Notes: generated by a model not told the origin, from the sequence alone. A stretch of DNA of 64,000 nt from an uncultured delta proteobacterium (GCA_963814715.1 CAWFDW010000002.1:65800-129799), one strand, 5' to 3'. Shown: positions 11,647-21,770, numbered from the stretch's first letter. Made by a program: numbers and translations.

Positions 11647-12302
11647 TGGAAGATCACCCGCGGATTCGCGTGCTGCTCGCCGACGACCATCGCATCCTGC
11701 GCGAGGCGCTTCGGAGTGTGCTCGCCACCGAGTGCGAAATCGTGGCCGAAGCGTCCGATGGCGAGCAGGCCGCCGCGATTGCCGCGCAACTGAAACCAAA
11801 CGTAGTCGTGATGGACATTGGAATGCCGGGGATCGGGGGAATCTCGGCTGCGCGTCGAATCGCCAAGGAAACGCCGGCCTGCAAGGTTGTGATGCTAAGT
11901 CAGTACGACGACGAGGAATATGTGCTCGAGGCGCTCGGCGACGCGGGCGCGGCGGGTTACGTGGTCAAGACCGACGCGGCGTCCGAGTTGCTGAGCGCGG
12001 TGCGTGCGGTTCATTCGGGGCGGCGCTATCTGAGCCCGACTATCGCGCCGATCGTGCTCGCGCGACTGCGCAACGGCGCGCCCGCGAAAGCCTCGCGCAC
12101 CGCGACTCCTACCCGCCGCGAGCGCGAAGTGCTCAAGCTAATCGGCGAAGGCGCAACGACCAAGGAAGTCGCAAATCGTCTCGGCATCAGCGTCAAGACC
12201 GCCCAGGTGCATCGCGACAACGTCAAGCAAAAGCTCGAGCTCCGCTCAACCGCAGCAATAGTCCGCTACGCAATCAAGCACAAACTAACCCGCCTCGACT
12301 GA
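11646..12302 (+). CDS. Response regulator, NarL/LuxR family
   Basis: Receiver motifs LLADDH and VVVMDIGMPG, plus the LuxR HTH TRREREVLKLIGEGATTKEVANRLGISVKTAQVHRDN. The start overlaps the kinase stop (TGATG). Confidence 0.95.
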   Translation: MEDHPRIRVLLADDHRILREALRSVLATECEIVAEASDGEQAAAIAAQLKPNVVVMDIGMPGIGGISAARRIAKETPACKVVMLSQYDDEEYVLEALGDAGAAGYVVKTDAASELLSAVRAVHSGRRYLSPTIAPIVLARLRNGAPAKASRTATPTRREREVLKLIGEGATTKEVANRLGISVKTAQVHRDNVKQKLELRSTAAIVRYAIKHKLTRLD

Positions 12303-12339
12303 AATACCGGTCTCCAGGAACGACCACGAAGGTCACCCT

Positions 12340-12400
12340 TTCCGAACTTTTCTAATCCGGTCCCCCTTCCCGCTCGGGAAGGGGTTAGGGGTTAGGTTGC
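12340..12400. repeat. Family-A hairpin repeat unit (CCCCTTCCC-GCTC-GGGAAGGGG followed by TTAGGGGTTAGG), placed just after a stop codon
   Basis: Near-identical copies are centred at about 40638, 41008, 41073, 41298 and 41363. The copy at 40610-40664 shares the leader CCCTTTCC-N-AATC-GGTCCCCC and also follows a stop codon. Confidence 0.8.
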
Positions 12401-12513
12401 CCGCATCCATCGCACCTTTCCCGGAGGATCCGGTTCCCCCCGCGACACAAACTCCACATTTAGATGCACCCAACATGACATTTTGATGCTAACTGCTGGA
12501 TAGTCTCATCCTG

Positions 12514-15052
12514 ATGGAATCTCAGACCGGGGGAGGGCGCCCATCGAGCGCGCGACGATGGTTCGAACTCGAGCCGCCCGCACCTGAGCGTCTCGAGCTG
12601 CAAACCTCGCCGCGCGTTTCGACTGTCGCCAGCTACGTATTCACTCGCGCGGCCGAACGCTCGTGGGAACTTCTCAATCAGCATCTCGAGGAGCCACACG
12701 GCGGAGTGTTCTGGATTGGCGGACCGGCGGGATGCGGCAAGACGCATTTCCTCGACTATGTAATCGCGTTGCAGAGACGCGCCGGCGCGCTCGACTCACA
12801 AAACGCGCGGCGGCTGGTTTGCGGGCTCGAGTTGGCCGGGCGAATCACCGGCGCCGAAGTCGAGATGTTCTTGCTGAGCGTGCTGGCGGAACAAATCGGC
12901 GGCGACCAGCGCGCGGGCGATCTCTTTCGCCAACTGCGCGGCGCGGCGGCGTTGAATGTCGCATTGGAAACTGCGCGTCGAACCGGAATCAACTCGGTTA
13001 CCGTCGCGATCGATTTCGGCACGTCGCATTCCGACGCCTTGGCGGATTTCTTTGCGATGCTCGCTCAGGTGGCCGCGACTTTCCGCCAGGTCAAGTTCAC
13101 GGTGATCGCAGCCGGCCGCGCGATACCGCCGGAGGCGACCCATCCGCTCATGGTCGCGCCCCATGACCCGAACGAGGAAACGACTATTGCCGTCCGCCGC
13201 GCGCGCCGGCTGCTCGATCACGCGGAACTCTATGCCGACCACGCCTACGCTGGAATCGACACCGCGGGATTGGCGCCCGGACGCGATCTTCCCGTTCCAT
13301 CCGAGCGCACTCAAGGCACTTCGATCAATCGCCAGCCGTCCATATTGCCGATGGCGCGCGATCCGATCGTCCCGCGATCGTGCCCCTGTCGCGCCTCGCA
13401 CGCGAGGTGTTGGCGTCGTCGTCGATGGCTGGCGACGAAATGCCGCGCGCGGCTCATCTATCCGCCCGACCTGACGATGAACCCCGAGATCTCAAAGCTG
13501 CTGAAGGTCCTTCTGCCCGAAGCCGGACGCGCCGCATGGAAGATTGCGCGCGACACGATCGCCGGTTTCGACCCGTATCGACAAGGACCTCGCGCGCGAA
13601 ATAGTCGATTCGCTGATCGTCGAGAATGTCTGCGGCGAGACGGCGGCGCTCCCCATCGAGCAGCTGAAGTCGCTGTTGCCGATCTTCGCAACCAGCACGA
13701 CTGCGAAATCGCACGCGATGCCGGCCGTCCGCGATTTGCTCCGCCGACTCGAGGTCTCTACCGGCGGCGTCATCCGGGTTGGAGACCGACGCTGCCCGGT
13801 TCGACCCGGCCGCCGCTGGCGCGCCGGAATTGGCTGCGTTCAACTCGGCGCTGATGCTCGCGCGAGGATTCGATCCACGGCTTACGATTGCCCGCGACCG
13901 CGAGAGTCTTGACGCACGCCTGAGCCGTCTCGACAGCTCGATGGCGCTTGCGGTCGAAGGAGCGGTGCGCACGCGCGAGGTGCTTGTGTCGGCGCTAAGA
14001 GAAGCGAACCTCGAAATGCCTGCGGCGAACAGCGCGGCTATCGCGAAGTATATCTCGCTGGCGGAATCCGGCGCCGCTGCGATGCTCGAGGCGGCTGCGG
14101 ATCCTTCGTATCATGGCGTCGGCCATCCAGATCGCCAACGCATACGAAGTCCTGGCGGCAACCGCCGAATCGATTCCGCGGATGCGTACGATGCGCGAGT
14201 ACCTGGCCGCGACCGGTTTACGCGCCACACCGGACGACGTGGGCATCAGGGAAAATTCCTGGCAACAATCGACGATCGTTTCGTTGGAGACCGAATGCGA
14301 ACTGCTTCGCGTCGAGCTTGGCCCGCGAATCCTCACCGGTCCGCCGCGCAGTCTCGATGCGTTGGAGGCGCGCTTTCAAAAATTCAAATGGACCTACGTG
14401 CAGTGCTACCTGAGCGCGCATGCGCGATGGCTCGAGAAGATGGAACGCCTCGCACTCGTGGCGGTGAACGACGCGCGCGGTACTTCGACGCGCTCGCGCG
14501 GCTCAATGCGATCGCCGCGCTGGGCCGGCCCGAAGGCGCGCATCTTGGCGCCCAGGTTGCCGAGGTCAGCGCGCGCGTCGTGCGATGCGATCTCGAAGGA
14601 TGCGATCGCGCCCGAGACGATGCCGCGATGTCTCGAGTTGCGGCTTTCAGCTCGGCGCGTCGTCGCCGCAGGCGGAACTCGAAGATGCGATGGACGCGAT
14701 TCGCCGCGCACTCGAAATCAAACTGGCAGCGTTGTCGCAAAGCATGATCGCGCGCCTGATTCGCAATCACGACAAGGAACATCGCCTCGAAGGATTTCTG
14801 AAAATCACCCAAGCCGCCCAAACCGACGCGCTCGTCCGAGTCCTCGACGAAAACCTCGCCCGCTACCTGGCGCAGGTCCTCGAAGAGAGAGGTAAGACGA
14901 ATTTTAACCTTCGTCGATCCAGAGCTTTCTCGGATGCAGTAGGACGAAATTTATTTCGTCATCCCCTCAAAAGGAACAACAATCTAGCAATCGACGAAAT
15001 AAATTTCGTCCTACTACGTTTCGCAAAGATTTCTCGTACAAGGAGAGATTAG
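12514..15052 (+). CDS. Large P-loop NTPase, BrxC/PglY(DUF499)- or DUF6079-like by motif resemblance; at least 5 frame breaks; function unknown
   Basis: Walker A GGPAGCGKTHF lies at 12718-12750 and the hydrophobic-D strand VTVAIDFG follows. IFPFHPSALKAL (about 13286-13320) is in the 13163..13474 frame. The CxxC knuckle MPRCLE-CGFQLG (14620-14656) is split by 1 nt. Fragments are in ORFs 12514..13854, 13544..13912, 13779..14747, 14113..14895 and 14585..15052. Confidence 0.6.
14938..15015. repeat. AT-rich perfect 23-bp inverted repeat with 32-nt loop at a convergent gene junction (possible bidirectional terminator or miniature insertion)
   Basis: Left arm AGTAGGACGAAATTTATTTCGTC (14938-14960) is the exact reverse complement of right arm GACGAAATAAATTTCGTCCTACT (14993-15015). 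Each arm contains GACGAAAT/ATTTCGTC self-complementarity. Confidence 0.9.
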
Positions 15053-15060
15053 GACAGGAC

Positions 15061-15310
15061 CTAACGCGCCGGGGTGATGCGCTGCTTCTTCGGCTGGCCC
15101 GGAGGAAACGCGCTTGCGCGCTTGTGGCGCGGACGAACGTTCAAACGATCGAGCTGACGAAAGTAGGCATCGCGCACGATCTCGAGGCCCCACAGCAGCG
15201 TCAGGCCTAGCGTGCGCCCGACTCCGCCAACGACTTCCAGTACCAGCGGCATGCCCCGCAACGCCTCGATGCGTAACGTCAACCGGCGCTTTTTCTTGAG
15301 TGGTTTCCAT
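15061..15310 (-). CDS. Hypothetical small basic protein (tentative)
   Basis: GGAGA-N4-ATG at 15310 gives the start. The text KPLKKKRRLTLRIEALRGMPLVLEVVGGVGRTLGLTLLWGLEIVRDAYFRQLDRL... is in the 15061..16008 frame, so a frame break right after the ATG is needed. I recognise no family. Confidence 0.25.
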
Positions 15311-16181
15311 CTATCTCCAGAGTAAGTTGCCAGGCGCTCGCATGCAACCCGTCGCGAGCGCCTGGCATTGTAGTCGCTACTTCGGCGATGCGGACGCTGA
15401 AGGCTCCGGAGCGGCCGGTGCGATTCTCGCCCGGCGCGAGCACCGTGACTTTTATGTCGTCGAACTGCGCCTGCGAATCGTCGCGCGCCCACACTCCGAT
15501 TCTCGCCTTTGGCGATTTTGTTGTCGTCGAAATCGAAGACCATCTTGTCATCGTCGTAACAACTGAAGTGCCCGCCCTGCGCCACGACCTTCAGGCGGTA
15601 CCAGGTGTCCTTGTCAGTCGGCACGACGCTCTGCTTCAAGCCGACCAGCGCCCCGTTGGTCATGCGCGAAAGAGCGAAGTAGTCGCTCGGGCATCCGGCG
15701 GAAAGCAGGTAGAAGTTTTTTTCATCGACGTAGCGGAAGATCAGACCGCCGGAACAATCGAAGCGTCCGCCCGCCGATTTGAACTGAGCTTCGAGAGTAA
15801 AATCCGAATACTCAGTCGGATCGGTTTCGATCGCCATTGGGTAATACTCGAGCGCGCTCGTCAGCGACTTGATCAAGCGCCCCGCCGGCAAACCGAAACG
15901 TATTCGGCTTGCTCGGCGCACTTGGATCGGCGAATTACCTGCCACTCGCCTTCGACCGCCTTCCATCCCGCCGGCACTTCGCCGGCCTTGTCCGAATCGA
16001 AATTCCACACATGAACTTCGGGAGTCGGCGTCGGCGTTGGCGTCAAGGTGGCAGTAGGTTCCGCCTCGGCCTTTTTCTTTTTTCCTTTTGAATAAGCGGC
16101 GGGGCTGACGATTAGCACCGTCATTACCAGGCCTGCTGCAACGACTGCGGCGCTTCGCAGCCAGGAATTTCGCGTCTTCAT
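15279..16181 (-). CDS. Secreted DUF1080 / LamG-like (3-keto-disaccharide hydrolase fold) protein, 2-3 frame breaks
   Basis: ORF 15873..16181 has a signal peptide (MKTRNSWLRSAAVVAAGLVMTVLI), a TPTPTPTP linker and WKAVEGEWQV. ORF 15061..16008 adds DFTLEAQFKS..GGLIFRYVDEKNFYLL..YRLKVVAQGGHF. ORF 15279..15551 adds RIGVWARDDSQAQFDDIKV. Confidence 0.65.
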
Positions 16182-16394
16182 CTATCCTCTCTCTGCTCCG
16201 ATGAGCTGATGCAATTCATTTTCCGGTTGAAGTGGAGCCGACAATCGAATCGGCGCGAGTTTCGCCAATGACTGCGCGTCGCTGTCAAGCTTATCGTTAT
16301 CGCGCGGGACTTGCAGCCCAGTATCGAATGCCTAATGCAGATGAGCATCGCGCCGAATAGCCAGATCGATTCCTAGTTTCGCTTTTTCTTCGTT

Positions 16395-16420
16395 ACTGAC
16401 TATTCGCGCCAATAGTCAGT
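16395..16420. promoter_or_regulatory. Perfect 10-bp-arm palindrome upstream of mraZ (operator or insulating hairpin candidate)
   Basis: ACTGACTATT-CGCGCC-AATAGTCAGT, followed by TTATTA, about 80 nt upstream of the mraZ start. Confidence 0.3.
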
Positions 16421-16457
16421 TTATTACATCTCAGAACGCACGTTTTGCTTGACCTTA

Positions 16458-16482
16458 GTGGGGTAGAGTGGGATGTTGTGGG
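16458..16482 (+). promoter_or_regulatory. Candidate MraZ operator: three GTGGG direct repeats at exact 10-bp spacing
   Basis: GTGGG occurs at 16458, 16468 and 16478 (GTGGGGTAGA GTGGGATGTT GTGGG), 20 nt upstream of GTG 16502. MraZ is known to bind phased (T)GGG(N) direct repeats in its own leader. Confidence 0.5.
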
Positions 16483-16501
16483 GGTCTGGGGAGGGAACAC
16501 C

Positions 16502-16954
16502 GTGTTTAGTGGTCGGTTCGACCATGCGATCGATGAAAAAGGTCGGGTAAGTATCCCGGCCCGTTTTCGCGAAGTTCTGCAGCGCGAGAATCACGATCGT
16601 CTTTATATCACGAAGTTTCCCGTACGACGGAGAGCGATTGTCTGACGCTGTATCCGCCGAGCGCAGTGGGACATCCTCAACGCGAATCTGCGGACCAAGC
16701 CGAGATTCGATCCGCGGGTGCAGGCGTTCGAGACGATGGTCATCGGCGGCGCGCATGAGGTGCCCGTCGATCGGCAGGGACGCATTCTGATTCCGACGAA
16801 CCTGCGCGAGTTCGCGCACCTCGATCGCGACGTGACGTTTTCGGCGATGCAGGATCATTTTCAACTTTGGGACAAGAAGATCCTCGACAAGGTATTGAAG
16901 GCCGCCGAGGAACAAATGATGGATCCGGAATTTTTTGCGAAGCTGGGTCTGTGA
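16502..16954 (+). CDS. mraZ: Transcriptional regulator MraZ (short internal out-of-frame patch)
   Basis: VFSGRFDHAIDEKGRVSIPARFR from GTG 16502 is the first SpoVT/AbrB-like repeat. VPVDRQGRILIPTNLREFA is the second repeat (ORF 16718..16954, same frame). DCLTLYPPSA lies in another frame between about 16622 and 16668. Confidence 0.9.
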
Positions 16955-17014
16955 CGGCAGGAACGATGAATTTGGCAGTGAGAATACGAAGACGACGCAA
17001 CGGACCGGAGGCAT

Positions 17015-17886
17015 GTGCCGGTGATGGTGGAGGAGGTGTGCGGGCTGCTGTCCGCACACGGTCCGCTCGCGTTCGTCGACGTGACTGTGGGGACGGCGGG
17101 GCATGCGGAGGCGATGCTACGCGCCACGAAGGCGCGGATGCTCGGGCTGGATCGCGACGCGGCGGCACTCGCCGTCGCGCGCGACCGGCTGGTGGAGTTC
17201 GGCGATCGCGTCGTACTCGAGCGCGCTGACTTCGGCGAAATCGCGGCCGTCATGAAGCAGCATCACTTCGACGGCGCCGACGCGATACTCGCCGACCTCG
17301 GCATGAGCAGCTACGCACTCGACGATCCTCAGCGCGGGTTTTCATTTCGGCTCGACGGTCCATTGGATATGCGGATGGACGACCGGCAGACGCTGCAAGC
17401 CAAAGACCTTGTCAATGAAGAGAGCGCCGAGGAACTCGCGCGCATCATCTATACGTACGGCGAGGAGCGCGGCTCGCGCCGAATTGCGCGGATGATTGTC
17501 GAGGCACGCCGTCGCGGACCGATCGAGACCACCGGCGAGTTGCGCGCGATCGTCGAGCGGGCCCTGGGAAGTCATCGGCGCGGCGGGGCGCATCCGGCAA
17601 CGCGCACCTTCCAGGCCCTGCGCATCGCAGTGAATCACGAAATGGAAAGTCTCGCCGCGCTCCTGCGCGACGGTCCCACGATGCTCAATCCGGCGGGCGG
17701 ATGCTGGTTATTTCGTATCATTCGCTCGAGGATCGCCCGGTCAAGGAGCGCTTCCGCGATCTGGCGCACACCGAAGATTACACGGCGATCTCGCGCAAAG
17801 TGATCAAGCCGTCATCGGCGGAGACCTCGCGCAACCCGCGCGCGCGCAGCGCAAAAGTTCGATGTATCGAACGGAGCCCACGATGA
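17015..17886 (+). CDS. rsmH: 16S rRNA (cytosine1402-N4)-methyltransferase RsmH (frame break about 17700)
   Basis: [37 protein letters not shown] and [11 protein letters not shown] are present. The C-terminus [16 protein letters not shown] is in ORF 17701..17886. Confidence 0.9.
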
Positions 17887-18171
17887 GCCCGCGCGTGAAG
17901 CCGACGCGACGCCCCTCGAAGATGGTGCCGACAGTGCTGGGCGTGCTGATCGCGATCGTTGGTTTCGCGACGCTGATGACACGATTGCAAATGACGACCG
18001 GAAGGCTATCGGCTTTCGGCGCTGCACGATGAAATTGCGAAGTTGCAGGATGAAAATCGCGGCCTTCGCTTGACCGCCGCGCAGCTCAGCTCGCACGAGA
18101 GGCTGCGCGCACTCGCGCCGCAGTATCATCTCGCGCCGCCCGGCCGCGGGCAGGTGGTGATGCTCACATGA
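17883..18171 (+). CDS. ftsL: Cell division protein FtsL (frame break about 18000)
   Basis: Own translation gives [36 protein letters not shown] (TM), then in another frame [37 protein letters not shown] (coiled coil). ATGA overlaps rsmH and ATGA overlaps ftsI. Confidence 0.7.
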
Positions 18172-20250
18172 ATACATCGTTCAAGCAGCGCCGCGCTCGA
18201 ATCGGAGCGCTGACTCTGACCCTGGTGGCGTTGTTCGGCCTCGCGGCGATTCGGCTGCTGGTGCTCGTCGCGTTGTACGGCCCGCAGTTGAACTCGCTCG
18301 CGCATCAACGAGCATACCGGAGAAACCCAGCTCGCGGCGGTGCGCGGACCGATCGTCGATCGCAAAGGCCAGGCCGCTGGCGCTCTCGGCTGAGACGCGT
18401 TCGGTCTACGCGCGGCCCAAAAAAGTCGCCGACTCGAGCACGCCGGCCGAATGCGATCGAAGCTGGCCGCGATTCTTATGATGCTGCCGATTTCGCTCGA
18501 ATCGAAATTGAACAAGCCGTCGCCGTTCGTGTGGCTCGAGCGCCGGATTTCGCCCGACAAGGGGCAGGCGGCGGAATCGCTCGGCATCGACGGCATCGGC
18601 ACGATTAGCGAATACAAAAGGTTCTATCCGGAGAGCAACCTGGCCGCGTCGGTGGTGGGGTTGGCGGGGATGGACGGCCAGGGGCTCTCCGGATTGGAAC
18701 TGCAATACGACCGGATTGTGCGCGGCGAAGCAGTCGAGCTGAGCTTCGATCACGACGCGCAGGGGCATCCGATTTTCGACAGCCCGCTGGCGCTCAAGGC
18801 GCCGGAGCCGGGCGCGCAGCTCGAGCTGACGATCGATTCGTCGATCCAATCGCTCGCCGAAACCGAGCTGGCGGCGGAAGTGAAGTCGAGCGGCGCCAAG
18901 CGCGGCAGCGTAATCGTGCTCGATCCGTTTACCGGCGAAGTAATGGCGATGGCGAATGTCAGCGCTGACGGCGCGAACCTTCACGATCGCCTGCACAATC
19001 CCGCCGTCGAGGACGCTTTCGAGCCCGGCTCGACGATGAAGGGAATCCTCGGCTCGATTGCGCTCGCCGATCATGCGATCACGACCGAAAAACAATTCTT
19101 CTGCGAGAATGGGCAATTCACGATCGACCGCCACACGATTCACGATCACAGTCCGCACGGATGGTTGAATCTCGGCGGGATAATCGAAGTGTCGTCGAAT
19201 ATCGGCGCGTCGAAGATTGCGCTGACGCTCGGCTCGCAGCGTTACTACGAAGGGCTGCGCGCTTTTGGAATCGGATCGCGCACCGGAATCGATCTGCCGG
19301 GTGAAGCCGGCGGATTGCTGAGCAAGCCTGCCGGATGGAAGCAAATCGATCTCGCCAATCACGGCTTCGGACAGGGCGTGGCAGTCACGCCGATTCAGCT
19401 CGCGGTGGCGTACGCCGCGATCGCGAACGGCGGAAATATCGTGCGGCCGTACGTGGTGAAGGCCGCATACGACGCCGAGGGTCGCGCGATCCTGACGCAT
19501 ACGCCGCAGGTGTTGCGTCGCGCGATCGCGCCCGACATCGCGCATCAGATGAATCTGCTGCTGCGCAACGTCGTCATGTCCGATGGCGGCACGGCGGCGA
19601 AGGCACGCGTTGACGGATTTATCGTCGCGGGCAAGACTGGCACGGCGCAGATGGTGAATCCGGAAAACGGCACCTACTATCAGAATCGGCACGTCTCGTC
19701 GTTCGTGGGATTTTTGCCGGCGGACGATCCGCGCCTGCTGATCCTGGTCGCGCTCTACGACGTCGGCCACGAACATTTCGGCGGCTTGATCGCGGCGCCG
19801 GTGTTCAGCGAAATTGCGCAAGGCGCGATCCGCGATTTGAATATCACGGCGCCCGATCAGCCTTACGATACTGCCGGCATGATCCCGATGCCCGATTTCG
19901 GTAAAGATTCGAGCGGCAAAACGCCGACAACAACGCTCGCAGATCCTGACGACTATCTGCCGTTGCTGACGGGCTCGAAGCTGACCCGCGCGACGCCGAA
20001 TTTCGCCGGACTGAGCCTCAGGCGCGCGATCGAGCTGGCGCGCGTCTCGCACGTCAACGTCGACGTGCATGGCGGCGGCTACGTCGTCGCGCAAGAGCCG
20101 GGCGCGGGCGCTCCGCTCAATCATGCGACAGTGAAATTAACTCTGGCCGCGATTGTCGCGGACAGCGGAGCTGGCACAGCGGCGGACGCGGGCGTCGTGC
20201 CCGCATCGTATTTCAGCGGCGGCGGTGTATCGCCCGTCAGGCGAAAGTGA
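18168..20250 (+). CDS. ftsI: Peptidoglycan D,D-transpeptidase FtsI (PBP3), frame breaks near 18310 and 18390
   Basis: ORF 18168..18608 gives the TM N-terminus and ORF 18451..20250 gives the body. The SxxK motif is STMK, SxN is SSN, and KTG is in AGKTGTAQ. Confidence 0.9.
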
Positions 20251-21770
20251 AACTTGGCGAATTGCTCGAAGGACTCGACGTCCGTCGGATCGACGGCGAC
20301 CTGAACGTGGAAATCACGGGCCTCAGTTACGACTCGCGACAGACGAGGCCCGGTCATCTGTATTTTTCGACGGCCCGCGACGCATCGCGCAACCGGGCCA
20401 ACATTGAGGATGCATTAAACCGTGGGGCGCGCGCTGTGGTGGTTGGTGATGGTGGGGATGTAGGAATAGCGCGCCCCGCGGTGACCTTGGTGGGGAGCGA
20501 GCGGCCGCGCCTGCTGATGGGCGCGGCCGCGTCGCGTTTTTTCGGCGCCCCGAGCGAGCGCGTCGATTTGATCGGCATCACCGGCACCAGCGGCAAGACC
20601 ACGACCAGTTACATCCTGGCGTCGATTTTCGAAGCGGCCGGCATGCCCACGGGAATCATCGGCACGATCGGAATTTTCATCGGCGGCAAGAAAATCTACA
20701 GCGGACTCACGACGCCCGAGTCGATCGACTTCGAATCCGCGCTCGCGCAGATGGAGCACGAGGGTGTGCATCATGCGGTGGCCGAAGTATCGTCGCAGGG
20801 AATCGCGGAAGGGCGCGTCGAGGCACTGAACTTCCGCGCTTGTATGTTCACCAACCTCGGCCGCGACCATCTCGACTATCACGCGACGATGGAAGATTAC
20901 TTCGCCGCGAAGCTGCGGCTGTTCACCGAGATACTGCCGCGCAGCAAGCGCGCGGACACGGTCGCGATGGTGCGCGGCGACGATCCGTTCGGGCGGCGCG
21001 TCCTCGACGCGGTGAAGGGATCGAAAATAAGTTTCGGGATGGATCGATCGCTCGACGTGCATCCCGAGAAATTCGACGCGGACCTGAGCGGCATTCGCGC
21101 GACGCTGTCGGTGCTCGGCAAAAAGATCGAAATCGAATCGCCGCTGATCGGCGAAATCAACTTGCTCAATATCCTCGGCGCGTCCGGTCTGTCGGCGGCC
21201 CTGGGTATCGATATGGATGCGGTGGCGGAAGGGGTGAGGCGATGCCCAGGGGCCCCCGGCAGACTCGAAGCGGTGCCTGCGAAGTCGGGGGTCACGGTGC
21301 TGGTCGATTACGCGCACAAGCCCGACGCGCTCGAGGCGGTGCTGACCGCGCTCCGGCGTTTGCGCGCAGGAAGAATTATCTGCGTGTTCGGATGCGGCGG
21401 CGATCGCGATCGCGGCAAGCGTCCGATCATGGGCGAGATTGCGGGACGGCTCGCCGATATTCCGATGCTGACCTCCGACAATCCGCGCAGCGAAGATCCG
21501 ATGGCGATAATCGCGGAAGTCGAGAATGGATTGGTCGCCGCCGGCCGCGCGCGAAGCACTGGTTCGTCGACCAGCGGCGGATATATCGTTGAGCCCGATC
21601 GGCGCAAGGCGATTGCCATCGCGCTTCGAATCGCAAATGCCGGCGACGCGGTTTTGATTGCCGGCAAAGGACACGAGGACTATCAGTTGGTTGCGGGACG
21701 CGTACTTCCATTTGACGATCGGGTCGTCGTCCGCGAGCTCGCCGCGGAGCTCGGCGACGGGCATAGTTGA
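20247..21770 (+). CDS. murE: UDP-N-acetylmuramoyl-L-alanyl-D-glutamate--2,6-diaminopimelate ligase
   Basis: Intact 507-aa ORF with GITGTSGKTTT (P-loop), the DNPR motif (TSDNPRSEDP, typical of mDAP-adding MurE) and AGKGHEDYQ. Confidence 0.95.
   Translation: MKLGELLEGLDVRRIDGDLNVEITGLSYDSRQTRPGHLYFSTARDASRNRANIEDALNRGARAVVVGDGGDVGIARPAVTLVGSERPRLLMGAAASRFFGAPSERVDLIGITGTSGKTTTSYILASIFEAAGMPTGIIGTIGIFIGGKKIYSGLTTPESIDFESALAQMEHEGVHHAVAEVSSQGIAEGRVEALNFRACMFTNLGRDHLDYHATMEDYFAAKLRLFTEILPRSKRADTVAMVRGDDPFGRRVLDAVKGSKISFGMDRSLDVHPEKFDADLSGIRATLSVLGKKIEIESPLIGEINLLNILGASGLSAALGIDMDAVAEGVRRCPGAPGRLEAVPAKSGVTVLVDYAHKPDALEAVLTALRRLRAGRIICVFGCGGDRDRGKRPIMGEIAGRLADIPMLTSDNPRSEDPMAIIAEVENGLVAAGRARSTGSSTSGGYIVEPDRRKAIAIALRIANAGDAVLIAGKGHEDYQLVAGRVLPFDDRVVVRELAAELGDGHS

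Noticed and set aside
18406-20124. Long antisense ORFs opposite the dcw genes (for example 18406..20124, 20415..21983, 27885..28814, 30772..31683, 23073..23765)
   Set aside because: They are Arg/Ala/Asp-rich and low in complexity, lack any recognisable motif, and overlap strongly conserved genes on the other strand. These are typical shadow ORFs of high-GC DNA.
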